Positions 24,770-36,019 of a DNA stretch of 64,000 bases are shown here, in pieces. The stretch lies in contig NC_086097.1 of NCBI RefSeq assembly GCF_963921235.1, forward strand, positions 208,260,001 to 208,324,000. The letters run 5' to 3'. The stretch is from Mobula hypostoma. Its lineage: Eukaryota. Made by a program: the position numbers and the translations under genes. Under the pieces are notes generated by a model. It was not told the origin of the DNA. It saw nothing but the letters and a program-made list of their open reading frames with translations, and ran no database searches. How positions within the stretch are numbered: the first letter of the stretch is position 1; each line of letters opens with the position of its first letter.

Positions 24770-26045
24770 GCAGATTAAAAGGCAGGAGTGGGTCGCAGCA
24801 GCGTAATAGAGGTTTGACCAGCTTTCGGGATTGATTAGTAAGAGCAAATTAAAGGAAGGCAGAGGCAAGTGCAGCAGCCGTTGTCTGGGAGGTCATAGTC
24901 AGAATGGTGATCTTAAGGCTTCAGTGAAGAGAGGCTTCAATCAGAGAAAGCAAAGAAAGCAAAGTTTTCAAATTTTTATTCCTTCTCTTCTTTATACCTG
25001 CTCAGCTAGGATGGTAGCTATGTCAGACAGGATAGTGAAATGCTCCTCTTGCAGGATGTGAGAGAGACCTCCAGGGTCCCTGACAACTACAATTGCGAGA
25101 ATGCATCCAGCTGCAGCTTCTAACAATCCACGTTAAGGAGTTGGAGCTGGAACTGGATGAACTTTGGATCATTTGGGAGGCTGAAGGGGTGATAGATAGG
25201 CCATATAGAGAGGTAGTTACACCCAAGGTGCAGAACACAGGAAACTGTGACAGTCAGGAAGGGGAAAGGGATTGAGGAGCCAGTACAGAGTACCCCTGTG
25301 GCCATCCCCCTCAACAACAGGTGTATCACTTTGGATACTGTCAGTGGGGATGTCCTTACAGAGGAAAGTCTCAGTGGCTGGGTCTCTGGCACTTGAGTTT
25401 GGCTCTGTGACGAAGAAGGAAAGAGGGAGAAGAGGCGAGCTGAGGTGATAGGGATTTGTCAGTTCGGAGAAATGGACAGGAAGTTCTGCGGGCAATAATG
25501 AGATTCCCAGATGGAATGTTGCCTCCCAGGTGCCAGGTTCCAGGATATCTCAGATCGAGTCTTCATCACTCTTAAGTGAACAGCCAGAAGACATGGTCCA
25601 TGTAGGTACTAATGACATGGGTAGGATGACTGACAAGGTTCTGCATAGGGAGTTCAGGGAATTAGGTGCTAAATTAAAGGGCAGGACCGTCAGGGTTGTG
25701 ATCTCAGGGCTGGTACCCATACAATGTGCTAGTGAGGCCAGAAATAGGAAGATTATACAGTTTAATACATGGTTTAGGAGTTGATGTAGGAAGAAGTGCG
25801 TAAGATTTCTGTATCATTGGGCTTTCTTCCAGGGAAGGTTGAACCTGTACAAAAGGGATAGTTTGTACCTGAACTGGAATGGGACTAATATCCCAGCAGG
25901 AAGATTTGTTGATGCTGCTCAGTGGGTTCAAACTAGATTTGCAGGGGAATGGGAACCAGAGTGCCCAAACAGTTAGTGGAGAGGCTGTGGAGGCAGATGT
26001 TGGTAAGGCCTCAGACAAAGTTAAGAATCAAAAGGTTGAGCATGC
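24770..26045 (+). mobile_element. CR1-like 5' end and ORF1 (zinc finger plus SGNH esterase)
   Basis: VKCSSCRM, CIQLQLL..VKELELELDEL and VHVGTNDMG...RVVISGL. Confidence 0.85.
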
Positions 26046-26398
26046 CTGCAGTTAGGAAAGAATCACTCTCTTGAATTTTAAAGGTAAATATTCTTGGCTT
26101 TGCAATATTTTGGGTGTTGGACCATCTGCTTATTACAACAAATAAAACTTAATCCAAGTTCCAGGCACAAATCTAGAAATCATTGGCTGAGTGACATTGG
26201 AAAGATTGAGGCTTAGAAAATGCAGAATCCCCTTTGTTCAGCATTAAGTCAGCGCTGTGGGTCATCCTAGTAAAGTTTTCCTGTCCGATAGTGGCTGAAG
26301 ATAACATTGTTACTTTTAGAATAATGTTTTCTAATGAAATGTGGCATTGTATAAGATGGCATATATGATCTTTGCAACCAGTCTTAAAGGAAAATACC

Positions 26399-26619
26399 AT
26401 ACTCAAAGGCCATTTTATTAGATACCCCCTTTTTGAAATAAGGTGGCCACAGAGTGTCACTTAGATCACATTTCTTCCCCATTCTAATGTTTTGTCTGAA
26501 CAACAACTGAACATCTTGACCATGTCTGCATGCTTTTATGCGATGAGTTGTTGCCACATGCTATAATTGACTGAAGAGGAGGTGTATAGGTATACCTAAT
26601 AAAGTGGTCACAGAGTGTA
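26399..26619. mobile_element. Degenerate Tc1/mariner-type MITE
   Basis: Imperfect inverted ends actcaaaggccattttattagatacc / gtatacctaataaagtggtcacagagtgta. Confidence 0.55.
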
Positions 26620-27569
26620 CAAACAATACCGTCCAGCTATTGAAGACTATTGCCACTGATGAATTAACTCAGTGGTAAGTAATTGGGGGTTGGGTCATTG
26701 AGAGAGTTTATTCCAGTGGTTCAGGAGGATCTGGACAAGATAATGAAGAACAGCCCTCACAAGAGACACATTTTTTGCTCAGGGACTCATTGAGATATAT
26801 ACACAAAAATTTGCTTCTGTCATGGGTGTTTAATGAAATTCTCTGCAACACGAGTGCAATTCAGAAAGCATGTTATGTGGGCCTTCTCGCATTCAGTATC
26901 GAGTTTAGTGACCTCCCTAATGCAGCAGAAATCAGCACACTGAGATGTGGCAGAGATTAGCAAGAGTGGCCCGAAGTAATTTTGAGGCTAAGAAGTTGAG
27001 AGTCAAGGTGCACATGAGATTATGCTTGAGTTTAAGGGTGATCACAGATCTCAGTGAGAGTAAACAACGAGAAGCTAAAGACAAAATTTAAGCTAAATAT
27101 TGGGAACATGGAGTCTCGTAATTCATACACATGCCAAATAACTTATAATTTTGGAATTTGCTTTAAACTTTGAACTTTAGTATGAAGAGAATAATTTAGA
27201 GATGGTAACTACAGGAAAGAGAATGGAGATTGCTGGGTTTGCTTTGTGAGTTTCAACAGGTTTAAATGTGCATATTAATGAACAAAACAAAGACAGAGTC
27301 TTAAGCAGAGAGATCTTAAACCTCTGCATTATGAAATTATTACTGTATTACTTAAGCAAATAAAGGTTGATTTTTAAAATTTCATGTAGAAATATTGCAA
27401 AATTCAGTTGGAGGCACTTGTAAGAGGAAGTATTCCATTAAAGATACACCACAATTCTCCGGTTTATTTTTCCAGTGATGTATATTGGCCATTTTCATTT
27501 TCAACAAGTAACACTAAATGAACCACAGCCATAAATCCAGACTAAATGTTTATTTGGAGTCTTCCCCAT

Positions 27570-28256
27570 AAGCGGCAATTACGAAGAAAGCACGGCAACA
27601 CCTCTACTTCCTGAGGAACTTGTGAAGATATGGCATGACATCTAAAAGTTTGACAAACTTCTATAGATGCGTAGCGGAAAGTATATTGACTGGCTGCATC
27701 ACAGCCTGGTATGGAAACATCAACACCCTTGAATGGAAAATCCTACAAAAAGTAGAGGAAACAACCTAGCCCATCACAGGTAAAGCCCTCCTCCCCATTG
27801 AGCACATCTACATGAAGTGTTGTTGCAGGAGAGCAGCATCCATCACCAGAGCACCACCACCACCCAGAACACGCTCTCTTCTCGCTGCTGCCATCAAGAA
27901 GAAGGTCCAGAAGCCTCAGGACACCCACCATCAAGCTCTTGAACCAAACAGGATAACTTCATAACTTCACTTGCCTCATCATTGAAATTCTCCCACAACT
28001 TATGGACTCACTTTCAAGAATTCTTCATCTTTGATTCTCTATATTTATTGCTTATTCGTTTATTACTATTATTTCTTCTTTTTATATTTGCATAGTTTGT
28101 TATGTTCTGCACACTGATTGAATATCCTAGTTGGTTGCTCTTTCATTGATTCTGATATGGTTACTATTCCATAGATTTATTGAGTATGTCCGCAGGAAAA
28201 TGAACCCCAGGGTTGTATATGGTGACATATATGTACTTTGATAATATATTTACTTT
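27570..28256 (+). mobile_element. Rex1/Babar-like LINE 3' part
   Basis: KKARQHLYFLR...ILTGCITAWYG and HPEHALFSLLPS motifs. Confidence 0.8.
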
Positions 28257-29400
28257 AGAAACATAGAAAACCTACAGCACAATACAGGCCCTTCGGCCCA
28301 CAAAGCTGTGCTGAACATGCCCTTACCTTAGAAATTACCTAGGGTTACCCATAGCCCTTTATTTCTCTAAGCTCCATGTACCTGTCCAGGATCGTCACCA
28401 GCAGCCCATTCCACACACTCGCCACTCTCTGCATAAAAAAATCAACTTACCCCTGACATCTCCTCTGTACCTACTTCAAATCACCTTAAAACTGTGCCCT
28501 CTCATGCTAGCCATTCCAGCCCTGGGATAAAGCCTTTGACTATCCGCATGATCAATGCCTCTCATCATCTTATAGACCCCTATCAGGTCACCTCTCATCC
28601 TCCATCGCTCCAAGGAGAAAAGGCCGAGTTCACTCAACCTATTTTCATAAGGCTTGCTCCCCAATCCAGGCAACTTCCTTGTAAATCTCCTCTGCACCCT
28701 TTCTATGGTTTCCACATCCTTCCTGTAGTGAGGCAACCAGAACTGAGCACAGTACTCCAAGTGGGGTCTGACCAGGGTCCCATATATCTGCAACATTACC
28801 TCTTGGCTCTTAAACTCAATCACACGATTGATGAAGGCCAATGCACCTTATGCTTTCTTAACCACAGAGTCAACCTGCACAGCACTTTGAGTGTCCTGTG
28901 GACTTGGACCCCAAGATCCCTCTGATCCTCCACACTGCCAAGTCTTAACATTAATGCTATACTCTGCCATCATATTTGACCTACCAAAATGAACCACCTG
29001 ATACTTATCTGGGCTGAAATCCATTTGCCACTTCTCAGCCCAGTTTTGCATCCTATCAATGTCCCGCTATAACCTCTGACTGCCCTCCACACTATCCACA
29101 ACAGCCCCAACCTTTGTGTCATCAGCAAATTTACTAACCCTTCATTCCACTTCTTCATCCAGATCATTTATAAAAATCACGAGGAGCAGGGGTCCCAGAA
29201 CAGATCCCTGAGGCACACCACTGGTGACCAACCTCCATGTCGAATATGACCCATCTACAACCACTCTTTGCCTTTTGTGGGCAAGCCAGTTCTGGATCCA
29301 GAAAGCAATATCCCCTTGGATCACATGCCTCCTTACCTTCTCAATAAAGCTTGCATGGGGTACCTTGTCAAATGCCTTGCTAAAATCCATATACACTACA
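28257..29400 (-). mobile_element. CR1-like LINE, RT to 3' end
   Basis: [36 protein letters not shown]. Confidence 0.92.
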
Positions 29401-30726
29401 CTACTTTACTTCGAACTTTCCTGATATCCTTATAGCTCTGCTTCTTTACCAAACCAACTTAAATTTGATACTTAACTTCCCAAATCTGCACTGGAACCAG
29501 CTTGGAAACAATTACGTAATTGATTGGTTCACCCACCAGAGTTCATTCATCTTTTGATCCACCTCAGGTTTTGTCACCAGCTTCAACAAATTATCTCTTG
29601 ATCCACAAAACTTTAATATAGTTCCTCTCTCCTACTCCCATCTCCTCGTAAGTGAGTTAAGAACATAATGCACTGATTTCAATTGAAAGTGCATTAATTC
29701 TGATTAATATTACATCGATATTTTTTACCCAACTGCTTTTGCTCAATTCTAGAAGCCAAATATAATTTAATTAGGCACAAGAATATTTTAAATCTGTTGC
29801 TCTGTACATCAGTAAGAAGTTATCCAAACAATATATTCTCAGGAGTTCAGTGCAACATCATGTGCTGTACTTTTCCATATTCTATATACTCGATAAACAA
29901 TGTCTCATGTCAGGCATTGTATTCCTGTAAGGCTTGTTTCTTGAAAGTGCCTTTAACTATTTTGACTGACTTCTCAGCTGCTACATTTGAAGGATATGAT
30001 GGATAGAATATGTTTGTTACCATTCCATTTCATAAAGTTGGCAAACAGAGTAGATCAAAGTTGAAAGTCATTGTAAAAAACAAATTCTTCAAGTCGCTCA
30101 TGACAAGCACAAAAAGACCTCAACTTATCTATGCATAGTTGTGGTCCACGTATTTCTCTTCAATCCACTGTCAATGACTATTGATCAGTAACAGGAAGTT
30201 GTAATTCCCTTTATTACAGAGGTCTATATGTACTTGCTAGTAGGCCGTAACCATGAATGCAAGGGAGTTTTTGATGGCTTGTTCCTGTACTGTTAGCAAA
30301 TATTATATTTGTTACTGATGATTCAAGGTCACTGAACAGACAAGACCAGTAAACAAAAAGCTTCTTATAATTGGTTTCAGGGTCATGTGTTTTTATAGCA
30401 AGGAAGAGCAGTAACTACTTTGACCCCATTTGACACATTTGCTCACATGACACCTCACTCTAAGAATTATACTCTGGTCAAATTCTGTCAGTTTTTTGAA
30501 CATCTGTAAATAGGCCATTTTCTGCATGAGTCTCTTCGTGTCTTTGATTTCTGACTCAATCACTGGACTGCTATCATCCTGTATTTAATGTGAAATGCAT
30601 TTTACCTCCCAATATCATATTTCTTGTGCAGAAGCCAAGACAGGATGTTCTCAGTGACCTCCTGTGTGGAAGCTTGCACTCAGTTTTGCAAAATTTGCAA
30701 TGTTGATGTCACCAGGGAAGATATTG

Positions 30727-31003
30727 GATGGCACGATAGCGTAGTGGTTAGCACAACATTGAACAGTATGGGTTTATTTCCTGTCACTGCCTGTAAGGAA
30801 TTTGTACCTTCTCCTCATGACCATGTGGGTTTCCTCCAGTGTCCGGTTTCCTTCCACATTCCAAAGACATAACAGTTGGTAGGATAATTGGTCAATGTAA
30901 ATTGTCACATGATTAGGATAGAGTTAAATTGGGGGTTGCTGGATAGTACAGCTTGAAGGACTGGAAGGGCCAATTCTGTGCTGTACACCAATAAATAAAT
31001 AAA
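30727..31003 (+). mobile_element. tRNA-derived SINE (V-SINE/HE1-like)
   Basis: A-box-like tagcgtagtggttagc, central gtgggtttcctcc...ttccacattccaaagac domain, CR1-like 3' end, (aaat)n tail. Confidence 0.75.
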
Positions 31004-31069
31004 TATCACAGACTTGAGACCACTAGTACTTAGAACTCTAAACCTACCACTAGCAGGTTTACACTCCTA

Positions 31070-31340
31070 GAGCATTACAGCATGGATACATGTCCTTCCG
31101 CCCAATGAGTTCATGCCAACCATGGTGCCCACCCAGCTAGTCCCAATTTCCTGTATTTGGCTCATATCTCCAGGCACCACCCCTGCATGAACCTATTCCA
31201 AGTGCTTCTTAAATTATATTATTGTACCTGCCTCAACTACTTGGTCTGAGAGCTCATAATATACAGTATACTCTACTCAGGTTCCTTTTAAACCTTTCCC
31301 CTCTCACTCTAAATCTATGCCTCCTAGTTTTGGTGTCTAC
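31070..31340 (-). mobile_element. CR1-like 3' fragment
   Basis: Similar to 2560-2872. Confidence 0.6.
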
Positions 31341-32149
31341 TACTAAAGATTTATCTAATTAAAAACTGATTCAAAACAGTATTTTAACTTTTTCCTTCTC
31401 AATTTGTGCACAGCTGCACTTACACAATGCAAGTGACTGCCTCTTCCTCTTTGCCTATCATCTGGCCTAGTACTGCACCAGCACCAGCACCAGCACATGC
31501 TAATTTTTGAGAGTGATTTTTGGTTTTATCACATTTATAGTAAACAAACGACTTTGGCCACCAGTCTTCAGGTCTGAGTGGATTTAATTTGGAGTGCAGC
31601 TCCGAGCAATGAGTTCCTAAAAGCTGTGAATCCCAGACCAGACAATGATGGTTAAAATTCACTTGGGTGTCTGTGGCATGGGTGCAAATCAGGAGGTGTG
31701 AGGTTTGTGTGTAGTTTCAAAGAAAACATTGTTGATGCATTGTAAATATGGAATAATCCTTTGATGTTTAGCACATAAATATCGAGCCCCATGTTGGGCC
31801 AGCCAGATTTTTTGACTGAAAACATCTCCATATGATGCCTGCTATACCATGTTTTGTTGAATAAAGAAGCTGCTTTGTATCTACCAGTACTTTCCTCCAG
31901 TGACTTCATTCATGCAACAACACTGATGTCCGCTCGTGTGTGTTATTGCAATGCTAAAGGAGATCTTCACTTACAAATATTTTTGTGTATTTATCATATC
32001 CATTTTGTTAATTGGTTAAGTGACTGGTTTATTAGAAGCCTTGGGTTCTTCAGGCAACTGTCATATTTGACTGTGCTAAACTAAATGGGTTGTTGAGTGT
32101 GATGGCATTCACAACAAAGTCAATGGATTGAACTGTTTAAAAATGCAAG

Positions 32150-32352
32150 AGCTTCTGCAGATGCTGAAAATCTGGAGCAAGACACACAAATTTCTGGAGG
32201 AACTCATCTGGTCAGGCAACCTCCATGGAGAGGAATAAGCAGACAACGTTACAGGCTAAGAAGTCCTGAGGAAAGGTCTCTGCCTGAAACATCCACTGTT
32301 TATTTTTCTTCATAGACTCTGCCTGATCTGCTAAGTTCCTACAGCATTTCGT
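32150..32352. mobile_element. Penelope-like fold-back repeat with a hammerhead variant at 32262-32297
   Basis: Inverted arms; agtc CTGAGGA a agg tctctg cct GAAA ca t c cact. Confidence 0.7.
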
Positions 32353-32985
32353 GCTGATTGATCTGTTTTTAGCAGTATGATCAGCATTGGTTTTGCAGCC
32401 TGGTTCTTTGCTATGGCTCCCTGACTATGGATCCAGTTGTACTGGTGGCTGGTCATGAAGGATGCTCTCTAGCTTTCTTGAATTCCATTTTGTTCAATGC
32501 ATCGTCCAACAATATTATTGAAATTGCAAGTGTCATAAAACACAGAGAATAGAAGGACTATACTTAAAGATACACTACATCTTCAGTTTAAGGTGTATGT
32601 GTGTCTGTTCATGTCTGATAGATGTAAGAGTTGCAATGAAGGCATTGTGTGTGACGTGCAGTTCCCTTCATCCTCAACATGGGTGCTTCCCAGGGCTGTG
32701 AGCTGAGTCCTTTACTGTACACTGCTCACACATGATTGCACGTCCAAATACCTGAACAATCACATCGTCAAGTTCACTGATGATTTGGTTAGTGCTGCGG
32801 CTCATCACCAACAACGATGAGATGGTCTACAGAGAGGAGGAGGAAGAGCTCTAGGTCTGGTGCCAGGCAGATAACCTCTTCCTAAAGCCAACAAGACAAA
32901 GGAGATGGTGATTGATTTCAGGAGAACTCACATCACTCACACCATCCTTTACATCAGTGGGAACTGCGAGAAGTTTTAAACTCCT

Positions 32986-33845
32986 CGCATGGTGGCATGG
33001 TGCGAAGACAATAACCTATCCCTTAACGTCAGCAAGACGAAGGAATTGGTTGTTGACTTTAGAAGGAGTAGTGCACCGCACGACCCAATTTATATCGGTG
33101 GTGCGCAAGTGGAACAGGTCAAAAGCTTTAAGTTCCTCTGGGATCAATATCACAAATGACCTGACTTGGTCCAACCAAGCAGAGTTCACTGCCAAGAAGG
33201 CCCACCAGCGCCTTTACTTCCTGAGAAAACTAAAGAAATTTGGCTTCTCCCCTAAAACCCTCACTAATTTTTGTAGATGAACCGTAGAAAGCATTCTTCT
33301 AGGGTGCATCACAACCTGGTATGGAAGTTGTCCTGTCCAAGACCGAAAGAAGCTTCAGAAGATCGTGAACACGGCGCAGCACATCACACGAACCAATCTT
33401 ACGTCCGTGGACTCACTTTACACCACACGCTGTCAGAGCAGTGCTGCCAGGATAATCAAGGACACGACCCACCCAGCCAACAGACTTTTCGTCCCTCTTC
33501 CCTCCGGGAGAAGGTTCAGAAGCTTGAAGACTTGTATGGCCAGATTTGGGAACAGCTTCTTTCCAACTGTGATAAGACTGCTGAACGGATCCTGACCCAG
33601 ATCTGGGCCGTACCCTCCAAATATACGGACCTGCCTCTCGGTTTTTTTGCACTACCTTACTTCCCATTTTTCTATTTTATGATTTATAATTTAGATTTTT
33701 AATATTTACTAATTTTAACTATTTTTATTATCTTTAATATTTAATATTTGTAATCCAGGGAGTGTGAAGCACAGAATCAAATATCGCTGTGATGATTGTA
33801 CGTTCTAGTACCAATTGTTTGGCGACAATAAATAAAGTAAAGTAT
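32986..33845 (+). mobile_element. Younger Rex1/Babar-like LINE nested in the older one
   Basis: TSD aactcct (32979-32985 / 33846-33852); KKAHQRLYFLRKLKKF and HPANRLFVPLPSGRRFRS. Confidence 0.85.
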
Positions 33846-34426
33846 AACTCCTGGGTGTGCACATCACACACTTATCTCTCATGGTCCCAGAACACTTCCT
33901 TTATAGTCAAGGAAGCCACCCATGCCTCTACTTTCTGAGGAGGCTGAGAGAGTTGGGCTTTGCACATCAATACTCACGTCATTCTACAGAACGTGCAGTA
34001 CAGAGCATCCTAACAAGCTACATCAGTGCTTGTTTTTGAGACTGCACTGCAACAGACAGGAAAGCTCTGTACCGGGTGGTCAAATTGGGCAACGTATCAC
34101 TGGCACCTGCTTACCCACCATTAAGGACATATATACAGAAATGTGCTAGAAAAGAGCCAGTAACATCATGAAGGATCCCCCACACCCTGCTCGGGGACTG
34201 TTTGTCCCACTCCCATCAGGGAGGAGGCTACGTAGCATTCACACCAGGACCACAAGACTCAAAATCAGTTACCTTTTCCAAGCAGTAAGGCTGATCAAAA
34301 CCTCCACCCATTAATTCAACCTCTATCATTTCCTGTCAGTCACCTTATGTACAGACAACCTAGCATCATTTTATGGACAGACATCAAATTTATATATAAA
34401 CTATCTTATGTATTTATATCTATTGT

Positions 34427-34540
34427 AACACACACAAAATACTGGAGGAATTCAGCAGGGCAGGCAGCATCTATGGTAATAAATAGTTTAATTTTCAGGC
34501 CAAGACCCTTAATCAGGGATGGATTTTCAGCATCTGCAGA
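34427..34540. mobile_element. Penelope-like fold-back insertion
   Basis: About 22-bp TSD atcttatgtatttatatctatt (34403-34424) / atcttatgtttttatatttatt (34541-34562). Confidence 0.7.
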
Positions 34541-35095
34541 ATCTTATGTTTTTATATTTATTATTTTTTTCATGCTTGCAATCTTTATCTTTTGTGTTTT
34601 TTGTGTTGTATCAAATCCAGAGTTACAATTATTTCATTCTCCTTTATGCTTGTGCGTAGGAAATGTCATTAAACAATCTTGAATCTTGAGAACTTACACC
34701 TTGATATATCTTGTCAGGTCATGAATTTATTAAGCATTACTTTCAGCTTTAGGGGAATTCATTCCAGAAGGGAACTCCAGTTACTTGCTCTGACCACCTA
34801 ATGAGTGATCTGGATAGTTTCCTGACATTCCTGATGTGAAAATCATACTGCTTCACAAGGATATTGTGGTTATGATCTTTGAAAGTGGGGAACATCCAGA
34901 GTCTCTCTTGTAGCCACTAGTATTGGAAAAAATAACTGGAAAACAACATTTTCAGCAGTGTTTATTTTAGTGGTGTATACCTTTTATGAGCTTGGGTACT
35001 TGTGCCAATTAATGCAAATAATCTGACTAATGCAATGATCTGGAATGGTTATTGGCAGAACCTAGAGACTCCAAATGAACCTGTTTATTTTCATG

Positions 35096-35515
35096 TTATA
35101 TATCAATGATCTACATGGTGGATTTGGTGGTTTTGTGGTCAAATTTGCAGACGGTACAAAGATAAGTGGAGGGGGAGACTGTTGAGTAAGCAGGAAGTCT
35201 GCAAAGAAATGAGACAGATTTGGAGAATGAACAAAGAAGTAGCAGATGGAATACAATGTAGAAAATTGCAAGATAGGTGGAGGGGCAGGTCGTGCTGTGG
35301 AAGGAGGGAGTCTGCTGAATTGTGGAGATGTGTATCATTATGCTCTTTGGTAGAAGGAACAAAGGTTTAGACTTTTTCTGAATTGGGAGCAAATTCAGAA
35401 ATCAGAGGTGCAACAGTACTTGTGAGTTGCGGTGCAGGATTCCCTTAAAGGTTTACTTGCAGGCTGAGTCATTAGTAAGGAAAGCGATCACAATGTTAGC
35501 ATTCATTTCACAAGA
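35096..35515 (+). mobile_element. Internal CR1 RT fragment flanked by a ~27-bp direct repeat
   Basis: YINDL...KFADGTK motifs; no 3' tail. Confidence 0.7.
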
Positions 35516-36019
35516 ACTCTAAATAACCTGTTTATTTTCATGGGTATTATATTCCAAGATGCAGCAGTATAAATAGATTCACAATAACTATGCCGTCCAA
35601 GATTAGTAATGAAAATCAGGAACTATCTGATGTCTTGGCAAAGGTTTCCAATTTAGTCTCAATTAGGAAATTAGACTAAAATTGCTTGTGAAGTTATATT
35701 GGTTAGATTAGAGATCAAGTTTCAGTAAAATATAATTTGATATCTACAGATGCAACATTATTCACATTCAAGAATGTTTTAGAGACAGAATTGTTTGTTT
35801 TCCCATTAAAGAATATTCCTTTTCATATCTGAGAATGACAACCTGATATAGTTTTATTAGTGCATCCGGAAGTGAGTCAATCTCATAAAATAAACACCTT
35901 AATGAATATTTTTCCTCTTCTTCTCAGTCACCTAATTTTAAATCACTGAAAATCCTATTTAAAATATCAGTTCTGAATTTATATCTGCAGTCTAGTAAGC
36001 ATTTAGTAAAAGGTGTATA

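Larger units (their letters stand above)
32660..34690 (+). mobile_element. Older Rex1/Babar-like LINE
   Basis: GASQGCELSPLLY and KFTDD RT motifs; C-terminal HPARGLFVPLPSGRR; (ttgaatc)n tail. Confidence 0.8.
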
